Below are positions 1-14,985 of a DNA stretch of 64,000 nucleotides, one piece after another. The translations under genes and the position numbers were made by a program. The first letter of the stretch is position 1, and each line of letters begins with the position of its first letter. The DNA is from Octopus bimaculoides. Lineage: Eukaryota. The DNA is taken from contig NC_068986.1 of NCBI RefSeq assembly GCF_001194135.2, forward strand, positions 71,780,745-71,844,744, written 5' to 3'. Below the pieces are notes generated by a model, which searched no databases, had not been told where the DNA came from, and saw only the letters and a list, made by a program, of their open reading frames with translations.

Positions 1-942
1 CACGTTTTTATTACACATTTTCTATACATGCTTTTTAAATTAAAGAAAATAATATCAAACCAGTGATACAAAGATAATTTCTTAATGAATATCGCCCTCT
101 GTTCATTTTCATTTAGATTAGTTTCTCTAGCTGCATTTATTTTTTTAAATGGAATATTCTATTTACATTACACCACAATATTGATGACTTTTAATTCAAA
201 AAATCTACTTTGAATTAATGCTAACACTTGCTAATGGAGTCATGCAGATAGAGTAGCAGTCCAAATTATATCAATATATTAAAGATACCTCGTTATTAGA
301 TTTATGTGAATTAAGCATATACATAACAATAATTTTTGTATGTATTTTTAGATGAGAACACAGAAAGTAATGTAGTAAAATTAGCATCCTCATTGTTTTC
401 TAGGTTCTGAATTTATTAAATGTCGTCAGATTTGTTTGAAGCTGATATATCGTACTCTACTTGATTTTAAAATTTAAGACTTACATTGTAAGATTCAAAG
501 TTTCAAAGAATCATAACTTTTTTAAAAATCTTAATTCTCTTATAACTTATGCTCACTCATCTGTTGTTTCCACCATAATGAACATAGGAAAGTGTTCAAC
601 AAATTGTGAAATTCGATGGTTTTGAGAAGAGTTTTAGAAATATGTTAATGAATTCACTATACCAGACGGGTTGTTCTTTATTCGATTAAATAGCTTTTTC
701 AACAGAATATAATAAAGGGGCCTCGTATACTCTAAATTGAATCTATCTAAATATTTATTGCACAAACTGTTTGAAATTTCATTCTCTCTAAGATTTTAAT
801 ACATATTTGAATCGGACACTGCTTGGGGACAACATGTTATATGCATGAAAACAACCATGCTAAACACACACACACACACAAACACACACACGCGCGCAAC
901 ACATGCACACGCACGCACACACATGTGTATATATGTATATAC

Positions 943-978
<36 letters not shown>

Positions 979-1875
979 TCTTTTAATCATCTCTATATGT
1001 ATGGTGTATTGACAGAATAATTAGACCATTGATAAAACGCTATAAAATATTTAGTTGCGGCCTTTTACATTTTGAATTGGAGCTGAAATCTGACATTTCT
1101 TTTCGTAATCCCAGAACCCATAAAATAAGATATAATTGTCTTTCACTCCCCATATCAACTATGCTGACCAACTGTTATTGCATACCTCTGATCACAGAAA
1201 GGTCACACTATTTAATTTATCCGCATTCGTGGATAAATAGCTGAATAGCTAATCTTCAGTAATTATTTACAATATATAATTACACAATAGTTTAATCAGT
1301 CCTCTAATAATGATCATCAAGTAGTAATGTTATCTTAATAACTACACCTTATCTAAGATATTTAGACATTTAATTACTAATTTGTGTAATTATAGTCTCC
1401 ATAACATAAAGACCTAAAATATGGTTGGTTACGATAATTCAATTATCACAACTGTGATATAGAATGTTTAAAGATTGCTTTAATATCACCTCGGCAACCT
1501 GTGATACATTGCGTCACAAAATTAAAGTCATTGTACTGGTACTCTTCTTCGAGGTTCACAAACAATACAAAACATGTAAATCTATAATAATCTAAATGCT
1601 ACATATGTGGGCACACGGTACAGAATCAGTATTTTATCATCACAGAACCCTCACATTAACACGAATAACCTATCAATTATTTACATACATTGTCTTTGTC
1701 AATATCTTTATTCATTTTAGAGACATGAGGAATTTCAGAAAAGTCGGATGATTAAAACATCATATCTATCACTAATAATATGAATTCTATACGATACAAC
1801 GTTTCCAAATGCGCCAAACTTGACGATAAATATGTTAATATATTTCCATCAATGTTCAACAATTCTCTATAGAGT

Positions 1876-1918
<43 letters not shown>

Positions 1919-2055
1919 CTCTTTCACACGACTGAAAACATGCAGAACTAAATTCAAGATCCGTCGAATTCTTAATACTTAATACTCTGTCTCTTAATTT
2001 CGATCTCAANNNNNNNNNNNNNNNNNNNNNNNNNNNNNNNNNNNNNNNNNNNNNN

Positions 2056-2121
<66 letters not shown>

Positions 2122-3467
2122 GCACATACACATACATAAACATGCACAGAGTTTCTCTCCTCTCCATCAGCCTTTCGGTCACTTTGTATAAATATGTGTA
2201 TATATGAATAACAACTAAGGCACAGCTTTGAATAAATATTGTACCATTTTCCCCAGTATGCTTCCATTGAACTACATTTCACACCATTAAAAGTACTATT
2301 ATTCATTATATATGTCTGCGACGAAGACAAGCGGCTATATGATTTGAAGTTACTGTGACTCCTTTTGTAAAAGTTAAATAAACATGTGTTCTACTACAAT
2401 GTATTGAGTAATTCTTCAGTTTAATGATACTTATTCTTATCACAACTTTAGACACATACATATAAATCGCAGCTTGATTCAGCACCACATGACTTAGAGT
2501 TTCGTGGGCGCCGCCGGATACATCCCTTCATCACACCTTTAAGAGAACTGGCAAGAGAAGAAATGTAAAATCGCTTCTACGAAAGGTTTTAGGCATTCAT
2601 TGGTCCCGAGGTTGTCATTAATATTAAAGTGACAATAGTTGCTTTAGTAGTAGGTCCATAAGATGAGCCACTAAGATGTTGGTATCACTTTGTCAGGATT
2701 TTTCAGAATTTGATATTTCGGTGATATATTAACTGTTGCCCATAAGTGCAACAGTAATAATACATGCCTTGCCACTCTGCATTGGTCAGTTATGTCTAGT
2801 GCAGAATACCTGTATTATCACTGACCAAAAGTTTTAGGTTAATTTCTCTGCCCCTACTGGTATTTATTTTCAATTGACAGTCTATTACTTATTAGTATTC
2901 TACCTAGAAGATGAGAGCCAGATTCTAACAAAGAAACAAATTTGGATCATAACAACGATAATTGATACATATCGAACTTTAGGAAAGTCTTGCATACTTG
3001 TACTGTTCTGTGTGATCCGTGTTAAGCGTTGTTTTTTTCTTTGCTTGATTATAATCGTTTTTCCAGATTGTGGCTTAGGCATTTACTAACACAAAAGTAT
3101 AACGATATTTTACATAAATGTGAAGTTATAATCATGGTAGTCGAGCTGTCATGTATTCCACAATGTATGAATGTCCTGTTCATTGATCAGAGGGGATAAG
3201 TAATCGACAAATATATATATATATATATATACATATATGTGTGTGTGTGTGTGTATTGGTATGTGGATACATACATATATATTGTTAGAAATAGTAAGAC
3301 AACAAAAGAATGAAAGAGACCTCCATATTATGTAAACAGAGGAATTTATCTGTAAATATAATAGGTGACAATTATTCGGTAGCCATGATAACACTCGACC
3401 CCGACATCCGAAACTCAGAGTTTTATCATGGCTACCGAATAATTGTCACATATATTTACATATACAT

Positions 3468-3498
<31 letters not shown>

Positions 3499-4641
3499 NN
3501 NNNNNNNNNNNNNNNNNNNNNNNNNNNNNNNNNNNNNNNNNNNNNNNNNNNNNNNNNNNNNNNNNNNNNNNNNNNNNNNNNNNNNNNNNNNNNNNNNNNN
3601 NNNNNNNNNNNNNNNNNNNNNNNNNNNNNNNNNNNNNNNNNNNNNNNNNNNNNNNNNNNNNNNNNNNNNNNNNNNNNNNNNNNNNNNNNNNNNNNNNNNN
3701 NNNNNNNNNNNNNNNNNNNNNNNNNNNNNNNNNNNNNNNNNNNNNNNNNNNNNNNNNNNNNNNNNNNNNNNNNNNNNNNNNNNNNNNNNNNNNNNNNNNN
3801 NNNNNNNNNNNNNNNNNNNNNNNNNNNNNNNNNNNNNNNNNNNNNNNNNNNNNNNNNNNNNNNNNNNNNNNNNNNNNNNNNNNNNNNNNNNNNNNNNNNN
3901 NNNNNNNNNNNNNNNNNNNNNNNNNNNNNNNNNNNNNNNNNNNNNNNNNNNNNNNNNNNNNNNNNNNNNNNNNNNNNNNNNNNNNNNNNNNNNNNNNNNN
4001 NNNNNNNNNNNNNNNNNNTCTATCGCCATCCATTTTAGAGAAAAATTTGTAGTTTAGAATCAGTAGTTCTTTGACTGCTGTTTCTGAATTTTCAGTATGT
4101 TGGAGAAGCAACTCAATTGCTAATCCCTTATATTTATGATGATATATATATATATATATATATATATAATGCATATTTTTATAAATAATAAATATACTTA
4201 TATATAAGTGAGTGTGTGCTTGTATGTGTTTGTGTGTGTGCGTGTGTGTGTACGTTAACGTCTTGCATGCTCTACCATGTGTAGTACACAATATAAAAAG
4301 AAGGAATGTTGCTGAAATATGACACTCAGTAAAATAGCAGTTTAGTGAAACGCAGTCTACTCTACCACGTGGAGCTCCCAATGAAAGAACTGTATCCCAT
4401 GGAAGACAACCTAGTGATGTGAACTGTCAACTAGGGTCCTATATACTTTCATACATTAGCTAGTTTACATTTCTCCTAAATTCAGTTCAATCTGTCTGTT
4501 TCAAAACATCTGATTATGGAGGTGCTTTCTACGCCCACGAAACTTTAAGTGGTGTGTAGCAGAGTTAGATATTTTTTAATGAATAAGTATACACACACAA
4601 GCATGCAAACACACACAAACATGCGCACATACACACGCGCA

Positions 4642-4680
<39 letters not shown>

Positions 4681-4850
4681 TTATATATATATATACATAC
4701 ATTTATACACACACTCACACATGCCCGTCTGTCATTCTATATATATACATATTTATAAATATATTTAAATATATTTTTATAAATTTATGTAAATTTATTT
4801 AAAGGTTCACAATTTATATATATATATATATGTGTGTGTGCGTGTCAGTC

Positions 4851-4886
<36 letters not shown>

Positions 4887-5149
4887 TATATATATGCGTG
4901 GTGACTTCAGCCTGTATCTTCAACCAGAGCCACAAGACACTGCGCTTGGCAAGATAATTCGATGGACTCCGTGGAAGCCATTTGTGCGGTTGTACATATA
5001 TGCATATATACATAAATGTATGTCTCTGTGTGTGATTATGCCAACATTGGTGTAATAAGTTCCTTTGATGCGTTTATATCCTGTCCTTATATTTCTTTTA
5101 GCTTACCAGGGCTGCGAATAGAATACGTAGAATATATACCAAATAGGAG

Positions 5150-5181
<32 letters not shown>

Positions 5182-5729
5182 TGTACGTACGTATGTATGT
5201 ATGCATGTATGTATGTATGTATGCATGTATATATATATATATATANNNNNNNNNNNNNNNNNNNNNNNNNNNNNNNNNNNNNNNNNNNNNNNNNNNNNNN
5301 NNNNNNNNNNNNNNNNNNNNNNNNNNNNNNNNNNNNNNNNNNNNNNNNNNNNNNNNNNNNNNNNNNNNNNNNNNNNNNNNNNNNNNNNNNNNNNNNNNNN
5401 NNNNNNNNNNNNNNNNNNNNNNNNNNNNNNNNNNNNNNNNNNNNNNNNNNNNNNNNNNNNNNNNNNNNNNNNNNNNNNNNNNNNNNNNNNNNNNNNNNNN
5501 NNNNNNNNNNNNNNNNNNNNNNNNNNNNNNNNNNNNNNNNNNNNNNNNNNNNNNNNNNNNNNNNNNNNNNNNNNNNNNNNNNNNNNNNNNNNNNNNNNNN
5601 NNNNNNNNNNNNNNNNNNNNNNNNNNNNNNNNNNNNNNNNNNNNNNNNNNNNNNNNNNNNNNNNNNNNNNNNNNNNNNNNNNNNNNNNNNNNNNNNNNNN
5701 NNNNNNNNNNNNNNNNNNNNNNNNNNNNN

Positions 5730-5762
<33 letters not shown>

Positions 5763-6435
5763 GAGAGAGAGAGAGACAGAGGGAGGGAGAGGAGAAAGAG
5801 AATATTCAATGGATTTTCTTCTTTTTCCCAATACAGGATTTTATGGCCTTTCTCGAATTCGAATATGTGCAGAATATTCTTGTGCGTTTTAGCCATTTTC
5901 ATTCGGTTTTAATATACTCTTATAAGAGGAAATGCATTCCCTAGATGGTATCTGAAATTATTCAACTGTCGAAAATATTTCATTTATATCATATGTATTT
6001 CACAGTTATGAAGGTAATTAAAATGTTCGTTATATACATTAATACGAAATAAATACGAAATGACTAATACACGATTTTGGCCAAATTGTCTAATGATAAT
6101 TGTTTTGACGTCAGTTCAGATTTCACTGACATCAAGTTTGCCCTTCAACTCCCCGCAGCCATATAAAGTATCTGCCAATTACTGTAGTCGATGGCGTTGA
6201 CTAATCACTTCCCTCAAGACTGCTGATCTTGTCCTTAAATTAGAAACAGCTATCATTTTTATTTCATATAAGCACAACAGATTAGACTGCTGTAAAAAAA
6301 CAAATTCCCAACAGTGGGCTACAATGAGTAATCTTAGATGCCGAGAACCTTCCTAAGTATCCTAGATGTTCGTAATAATACTGTTTTCTGGAGCTGCACT
6401 ATACTAGGTTTTATGCCTTTTTCCTACTTATACCT

Positions 6436-7177
<742 letters not shown>

Positions 7178-7548
7178 CTGAAACTATTACATGCTAATTA
7201 ATTCGCGGAGATGTTATCATGATGTTCAGTGACTTAGAATCCTTGTAGAATACAAGATGATTCTTTTCTGCAAGTTGACAATACGTGTCTAAATTCCAGT
7301 ATGTTATAGACTCTTAGGAAGCATTTTGGGTGTTGTGGCGGGTACACTTGTTACCATGGAAACAATTTTGATCTTTGTGTTTCTCAATATTGTTTTTTCC
7401 CTGAGAATTCTTCAATATCCACTCATATGGTATTGCAAATCAACTATCTTTGTTTTTCTGTTTCATTTAATTATTTTTAGTCTTCTACGGCTATATCTGG
7501 TCTTTTTCTCAATAAAATTGTCAGTATTAATATTATTATTGTTGTAAA

Positions 7549-7706
7549 GGCGGTGAGCTAACAGATTCGTTTGTACGCCGGACAAAACGCTTAGTGGCAT
7601 TTCGTCCGACTTTACGATCTAAGTTCAAATTCCGCCGGGATCGTCTTGATGTAATCAACTTGCTTCTCCCCCAGACTTGCTGCCTGTGCCAAAATTTGAA
7701 ACCAAT
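7549..7706 (+). mobile_element. tRNA-derived SINE, family A (ggcggtgagct...gttcaaattccgcc...gaaaccaat), internally shortened
   Basis: Pol III A/B-box-like head; homologous to copies at 23745, 53133 and 60325. Confidence 0.75.
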
Positions 7707-8692
7707 ACTACTGTTGATGTTGTTGCTGTTGTATTGTTTTTTCTTATTACTAAGATATAAGTAAATACTAAATAAATACTCACAAGTGCAGAACTTATGG
7801 ATTAATGAAGATATTTAAAGAATTACAGTTTTACCTGCCATAATTTAAAAACAATAGTGAATTCGAAAATGTAAACGATAGGCAGAAGATTGCAGAGGTC
7901 CAACTGTATATCTCGACCGCCTTAATAGATATACACACGCGGTATGTGTGTGCAGTCTAAACCCAGGAGAAAAGTGGTACTCAGAATAAATGTCCTATAA
8001 ATATATGAAATTGAAAACCAAAAGCCTTCAAAGCCTATGAATGGAAAACATTAATGAATTCGACATTTTATATCTTTTTCTGATTTAATAAGAAAATTCC
8101 GAAAGTATATTCAATATACTTCACCTAGTGTTTCGCTATTTCATTTAACAAATTGTATCTATCTTATTGATTAAAAACTATGAAATTAATTACTATCTCA
8201 CTTATCTCACTTTCATAGATCCAATTTTCATAAGTAATCTTCAACTTGATATATTGAAACTTAAATACCTATATTTTGATTAAAATTATGATTTATATTA
8301 CCTTTATTGCTCCGAAATAAATATGAAATAGATTATACGCGATTCTACTGTTGAATTTCAATTATCTTTATAACTAATTTTACTACGAAATAAGTAATGC
8401 GACAGAGAGATTCCCTTCACAAGAGTAAAATGATGGACAAATCCGAAAAGAAACGCATAGAAGTAAAGGATTTCCATCTATCATTTAACATAGAATTTTT
8501 TTCTTTTTAATATGAGATATTGTCCATCTTGCACTTCGAATGTACAGATGATAGCCGCTAATAGAACACAGAGACCAGGAGTAATTATATACACGCATTT
8601 TTATTCTCAATAAATGCATTCACACTTAAATATGATAGCAACCAAACCATGAGAAAAGGGCTTATAAGGAAAATAATCCGTAAAAATATGAA

Positions 8693-8723
<31 letters not shown>

Positions 8724-9134
8724 CATACATACATACATACATACATCTATGATTAGTAACAGCAGAGCGTTCTTACTAAAATATTAAATGTGCAAATTAT
8801 AACTATTTACACTATAGTCATATAACAATCGAATAGGGATTTCGGATTTCTAGACTCAGGGGCCTTCGATTCAAGAATGTTGTTATGTGTCTTTATATAT
8901 AATTTTTACATGTAAATATTTATAACGGAAAACAGCATATATGTATTCATTTATTTCTTTATTTATAAATGCGCGTGTGTGTGTGTGTGGACACATGTAA
9001 AAAGTTTGGAAATCGTATATATATATTAACACATTATCGATCTATCTATCTACCTATCTCTATATATATATGTTCATACATATATATGTATAAGCTATAT
9101 ATATATATATATATATAAATATATATGTATGTGT

Positions 9135-9172
<38 letters not shown>

Positions 9173-9625
9173 CTGTGTATGTGTGTGTGGATGTGTGTGG
9201 TTGTATACATATACATATATATACATATATATATNNNNNNNNNNNNNNNNNNNNNNNNNNNNNNNNNNNNNNNNNNNNNNNNNNNNNNNNNNNNNNNNNN
9301 NNNNNNNNNNNNNNNNNNNNNNNNNNNNNNNNNNNNNNNNNNNNNNNNNNNNNNNNNNNNNNNNNNNNNNNNNNNNNNNNNNNNNNNNNNNNNNNNNNNN
9401 NNNNNNNNNNNNNNNNNNNNNNNNNNNNNNNNNNNNNNNNNNNNNNNNNNNNNNNNNNNNNNNNNNNNNNNNNNNNNNNNNNNNNNNNNNNNNNNNNNNN
9501 NNNNNNNNNNNNNNNNNNNNNNNNNNNNNNNNNNNNNNNNNNNNNNNNNNNNNNNNNNAAGGCCAAAAGCGAAAAGAGAGAACGTGAAAAGCCCGATGTT
9601 CAAATAATTAAAATTCAGAATATCG

Positions 9626-10528
9626 AAAGCTTGAAATCCTGAATACTTAAAACATCGACTTTTGAAACATTTTAGAAGAAAATATGAAGAAATGCCTTAA
9701 AAGTGATTTAGTTACCTGTTTAGGTTTGAGTTTATTTGGGAATGATGTAAATTACTTTTTTATTACGCTACATTGAAATAGGTATTTTAATATAAAATGT
9801 GAAAAGAAACGTTATTAAAAATATACAGTTTTAAAAAAGCTTTTATTTGAAATTTTTTTTTATTATTATTATATTGCGTCAAAATAACGAAGGTAATCAA
9901 GATATGCTGAACGTATTTACTTTACAATAAATATAAACATGCATGGCAGAAATACGCTATAGAAAACAAACTGACACTCAAATAGTTTGCTTATCGAATA
10001 ATACTGTTCTCTAAATTCTCTCATTATTGCTTATTTTCCTTCTTTTTATACAAACATAAGCCTACGATACGATTAAAATGTTAAATTTTGTGACGACTGA
10101 AGTCTCGTGCTCATTCTTGTATCAGTTGTTATTCTTTCACTATGTAATACCAATGTGTTAATATTGTTTAATCGTCTGGCTTGTTTGGGTTTCTATTGAA
10201 AGCCAAGAAGGAAAATGGGCAATAATTAGAATATAAAGAAGAGAGTATTCAATAAATACACCATTTTAGTTTTTGCTTCAGTCTTCGAAACTGTATTCCT
10301 GGCTGCAATATGCATTTTCTTCGTATTTACTTTTTCTTTTTACTGAGTAAATATGCTCACCATATTCTGCTTGTTATTATTCTGTTGTAGCATATTAAAA
10401 ACAATAAATATGCAATAATAACTCACTAAAATAAATTACATTTTAAAATCTAAATATACGTCTTTTAAAGATATTTTGCCCCAAATCTTTCAAAATTCGG
10501 TGTTTGAGTATTCAGGCTTTCTAGCTTT
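9626..10528. mobile_element. Foldback / non-autonomous DNA transposon relic
   Basis: 9626-9672 and 10483-10528 are inverted repeats (40 of 47 positions match by hand alignment) enclosing about 810 bp of AT-rich DNA. Confidence 0.55.
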
Positions 10529-10578
10529 GTGCTATGATTCATTGAATCCTTTGAAGTTCGATCTTTGAGATAGGCGTC

Positions 10579-10706
<128 letters not shown>

Positions 10707-10972
10707 GACATATGTATACATGTATATAACGGAGTTATACAAATTGCATACGTGTATGTAAACATATGTGTATATACGTGTGCGGCATGTATGTATGTAT
10801 GAACATACTAATACAAAATATCGATATATACTATATACATATATTTATATAAAATCACATAGATATATAAAATATTTTGACACATATACACACGTGCATA
10901 TCCCAACTATGTATCTTTCTCACTCCATCCCCCTCTCTATCTTTCTCCCAATATATATACATGTATATATGT

Positions 10973-11007
<35 letters not shown>

Positions 11008-11825
11008 ATATGTATTTATATGCGTGCATAAACATATATATANNNNNNNNNNNNNNNNNNNNNNNNNNNNNNNNNNNNNNNNNNNNNNNNNNNNNNNNNN
11101 NNNNNNNNNNNNNNNNNNNNNNNNNNNNNNNNNNNNNNNNNNNNNNNNNNNNNNNNNNNNNNNNNNNNNNNNNNNNNNNNNNNNNNNNNNNNNNNNNNNN
11201 NNNNNCAAGTTTATGTTGTGAATATGAATTTGGAGGATATATCTATACTTGCATAAAAACTGCTTCAAAGCAGTGATCCTTAATCTTATCTCTCAATCTG
11301 ATATTTCTACAAATAGACTATATATCTCTGTAGAAGTATAAACATCGAAAAACATCTTCAAAATATCTGCCACAACATTCGTGAACCAACATTTATTGTT
11401 TTTCCAATAACATACATATTCTTAACTTTATGCCTGTTCAGCATATTTTTTATTATGTTCGAATAACTATATGAATATCCTTAATCTGTTTAGACTGTTG
11501 TTCTGTAAAGGTGTAACTGATTTGTCATATCATCTCATTTTGTAAGAATATGATACTTTATATCATTGTCATTTATGAATTTATGAAAGTCCTAATTAAG
11601 GTTCTCTTAATAAGTACAAGATATTCCACAAGAATCAAATATAAATTTATATCAAATTGATATTATTTGGTACAATGATAGGCTTTTTCTTCGTCGGTAC
11701 TACTAATCTAGGTCAAACATGCTCCAGTAATTTTCCAGATTTGACAAGAGTATAAGTGTCCCTGTGGATTAATATTTGCTAATTTTAACTTGGTAGAAGA
11801 GATCGTCGTGAAGTGGTATAATAAA

Positions 11826-12201
11826 TGTCACGTAGAAGATATGACGAAGTACACAGGCTGAGTAGTAGCCACGATAGACTGTTAGCATACCAGCGTGGTG
11901 GCGGACATGACATAACCACGATAGATTGCTAGCAGACCAGCGCGCCTCTGGAGTGCCAATAACTGCAGGGAACCAGCCGGAAATCAGAGGCAGGCGGCAG
12001 GAAAGGAATCGGGAGTAGAAATCCATGATGGTGGGTGTAATTATGGTCGTAGGGAAATGTATGATAAACTTTATATGATGTTGAACTATTATACATAGTT
12101 GCAACTGCTGAAATATTAATAAAAGTATTAAGTATGTATCTATTTATACAATTATTTATTTGTAGTTTTCTTCCAAGATCAGTGAATCAAAGAAAATAAC
12201 A
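11826..12201 (+). mobile_element. Probable solo LTR
   Basis: GC-richer 376-bp island with TGTCA...TAACA termini, identical 4-bp flanks (taaa at 11822-11825 and 12202-12205), AATAAA near 12118 and an internal 47-bp-period repeat. Confidence 0.45.
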
Positions 12202-13978
12202 TAAAATCTACCTGAAACGATTTAGTAGAACCAGAACACGATAAGTTGTCACAAATGAGACATAAAAATTCGTCATGCTTTATGTTCATTCAAAACTTTT
12301 AAACATACATTTATTTTAACATATAAATTTATTTATAAATGTGTGCATGTTTGTACGTGGAAGGATTTCACGAGTGTGTGCATAAACCCGTTTACAGTAT
12401 AGTGTATACATAATTTCTCTTATTTCTAACACTTTCATTATAATTTTCATTATAATCATAATCGTCTGAAGATTCTTTTAATACGTCGCAACTTTGTCGG
12501 AGTAATTACTTCTTAGAGTACCATAACACACCTAGGTACCTTCATCTATCCATTTCAACCGAAACTGTATAATACACCATAAAAAGTGTTATGCTAAAAT
12601 TTACTTATCATCTGTGACATATGCAACTGATCGACAAACCACGTGCACTGGCATCAGCATGGAAAGAAACCCTGCCTGAAAAGTGACTTTTTCGATCTTA
12701 TGATTATTAAAATCAATAAATAAACAGAAACATAATGTATTCGGATTTTTTACATTCTTATATACACTAAGGCAATAATTTGTGGCCACCATACATGATG
12801 GAAATCGTACATCAATTAGTCTCCAATAAATTTATAATATGGTTTGTTTTTGTTAAATATATCTCTAAATTCATTCAATCAATTTATATGCATGCACAAT
12901 AAAAATACAGAGTGAAAATGCATCTCAGGTTTTAACAAATATTTTCAAAGAAAATTTAAAATACTGAAACACTGGTATATGCTGCCTCTTAGCACCTTAG
13001 AAGCAACATACAAAATATGATTAGTTATATCAGCTAAGACAGCAACGTATTGCCCTTCGGAAGAAGTATTAGCTGCCAATGAAAACCAACAGTATTTGAG
13101 GCTATAGTTAAATATGCAATATTGATAATTAATGCCTCAATTGAAAGCGAAAAAGAAATTCTCACCAAGTTTAAAAAGAAAAATATCTTGCAAGTTTAGG
13201 GTGGTTACAGCTACCAGAGAGAGAGTTTGAAACGGTGATATCATAGACTACAGGGAGATGAAGAGGAAGCAGAAATACTTAATTTAGCGTAGGTCCAAAA
13301 AACACACGCTAGGAGAGGGTAATAACATCAAAAGGTAGAGAAATTGTAGCAGTCAAAATTTATTAAAAGAGCCGTTTTACAGAATCATACGTTAGCTAAT
13401 GTACATACGACTATAACTTACATATGTAATATTTATACAAGGAATAACAGAAGCGGCTTTTAGACTTATGTGAATGAGTGAACGGCACAAACTGTTGGGT
13501 TTTGGAAACATTTAGTTATTATAGAAACTGTGTTAAAAGTGTCTGATATTCCTGATAATCAACATTTCATGCAAGGTATCACTTCAACCAATTAAGTTAT
13601 ATACATACATACATACATACATACATACATACATACATACATACATACATACGTACATACATGCATACATACATACATACATACATACATACATCCGTGG
13701 TTTCCAGGTCTTATTCATTTTGCTAATAAATCTGTCGTATTTACGTCCAAATTTAATTATTCTTATTTTCGATCTTCGAAACTATTTCGGGTTCCCATTG
13801 CACTAGGCCATGGTACTGATCTCATTTGACAATACACCCTTTCTACTACGTATTATATAGTTCTGAAATTCCCTTGTTGACTAAAAGTACAATGTGGAAA
13901 GCAAATGAAGAGTATATACACACACATACATTCACACACACATACATTCACACACACATATACGCACAGACACATACA

Positions 13979-14024
<46 letters not shown>

Positions 14025-14112
14025 TGTGTGTGTGCGTGTGTGTGTATGCATGCATATATACATACATGCATATATATATATACATATACATATATATATT
14101 AAATTCAAATAA

Positions 14113-14148
<36 letters not shown>

Positions 14149-14950
14149 NNNNNNNNNNNNNNNNNNNNNNNNNNNNNNNNNNNNNNNNNNNNNNNNNNNN
14201 NNNNNNNNNNNNNNNNNNNNNNNNNNNNNNNNNNNNNNNNNNNNNNNNNNNNNNNNNNNNNNNNNNNNNNNNNNNNNNNNNNNNNNNNNNNNNNNNNNNN
14301 NNNNNNNNNNNNNNNNNNNNNNNNNNNNNNNNNNNNNNNNNNNNNNNNNNNNNNNNNNNNNNNNNNNNNNNNNNNNNNNNNNNNNNNNNNNNNNNNNNNN
14401 NNNNNNNNNNNNNNNNNNNNNNNNNNNNNNNNNNNNNNNNNNNNNNNNNNNNNNNNNNNNNNNNNNNNNNNNNNNNNNNNNNNNNNNNNNNNNNNNNNNN
14501 NNNNNNNNNNNNNNNNNNNNNNNNNNNNNNNNNNNNNNNNNNNNNNNNNNNNNNNNNNNNNNNNNNNNNNNNNNNNNNNNNNNNNNNNNNNNNNNNNNNN
14601 NNNNNNNNNNNNNNNNNNNNNNNNNNNNNNNNNNNNNNNNNNNNNNNNNNNNNNNNNNNNNNNNNNNNNNNNNNNNNNNNNNNNNNNNNNNNNNNNNNNN
14701 NNNNNNNNNNNNNNNNNNNNNNNNNNNNNNNNNNNNNNNNNNNNNNNNNNNNNNNNNNNNNNNNNNNNNNNNNNNNNNNNNNNNNNNNNNNNNNNNNNNN
14801 NNNNNNNNNNNNNNNNNNNNNNNNNNNNNNNNNNNNNNNNNNNNNNNNNNNNNNNNNNNNNNNNNNNNNNNNNNNNNNNNNNNNNNNNNNNNNNNNNNNN
14901 NNNNNNNNNNNNNNNNNNNNNNNNNNNNNNNNNNNNNNNNNNNNNNNNNN

Positions 14951-14985
<35 letters not shown>

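Noticed and set aside
8431-8460. tgatggacaaatccgaaaagaaacgcatag as another hammerhead
   Set aside because: The CUGAUGA core is broken and there is an insertion before GAAAC; too degraded to support.
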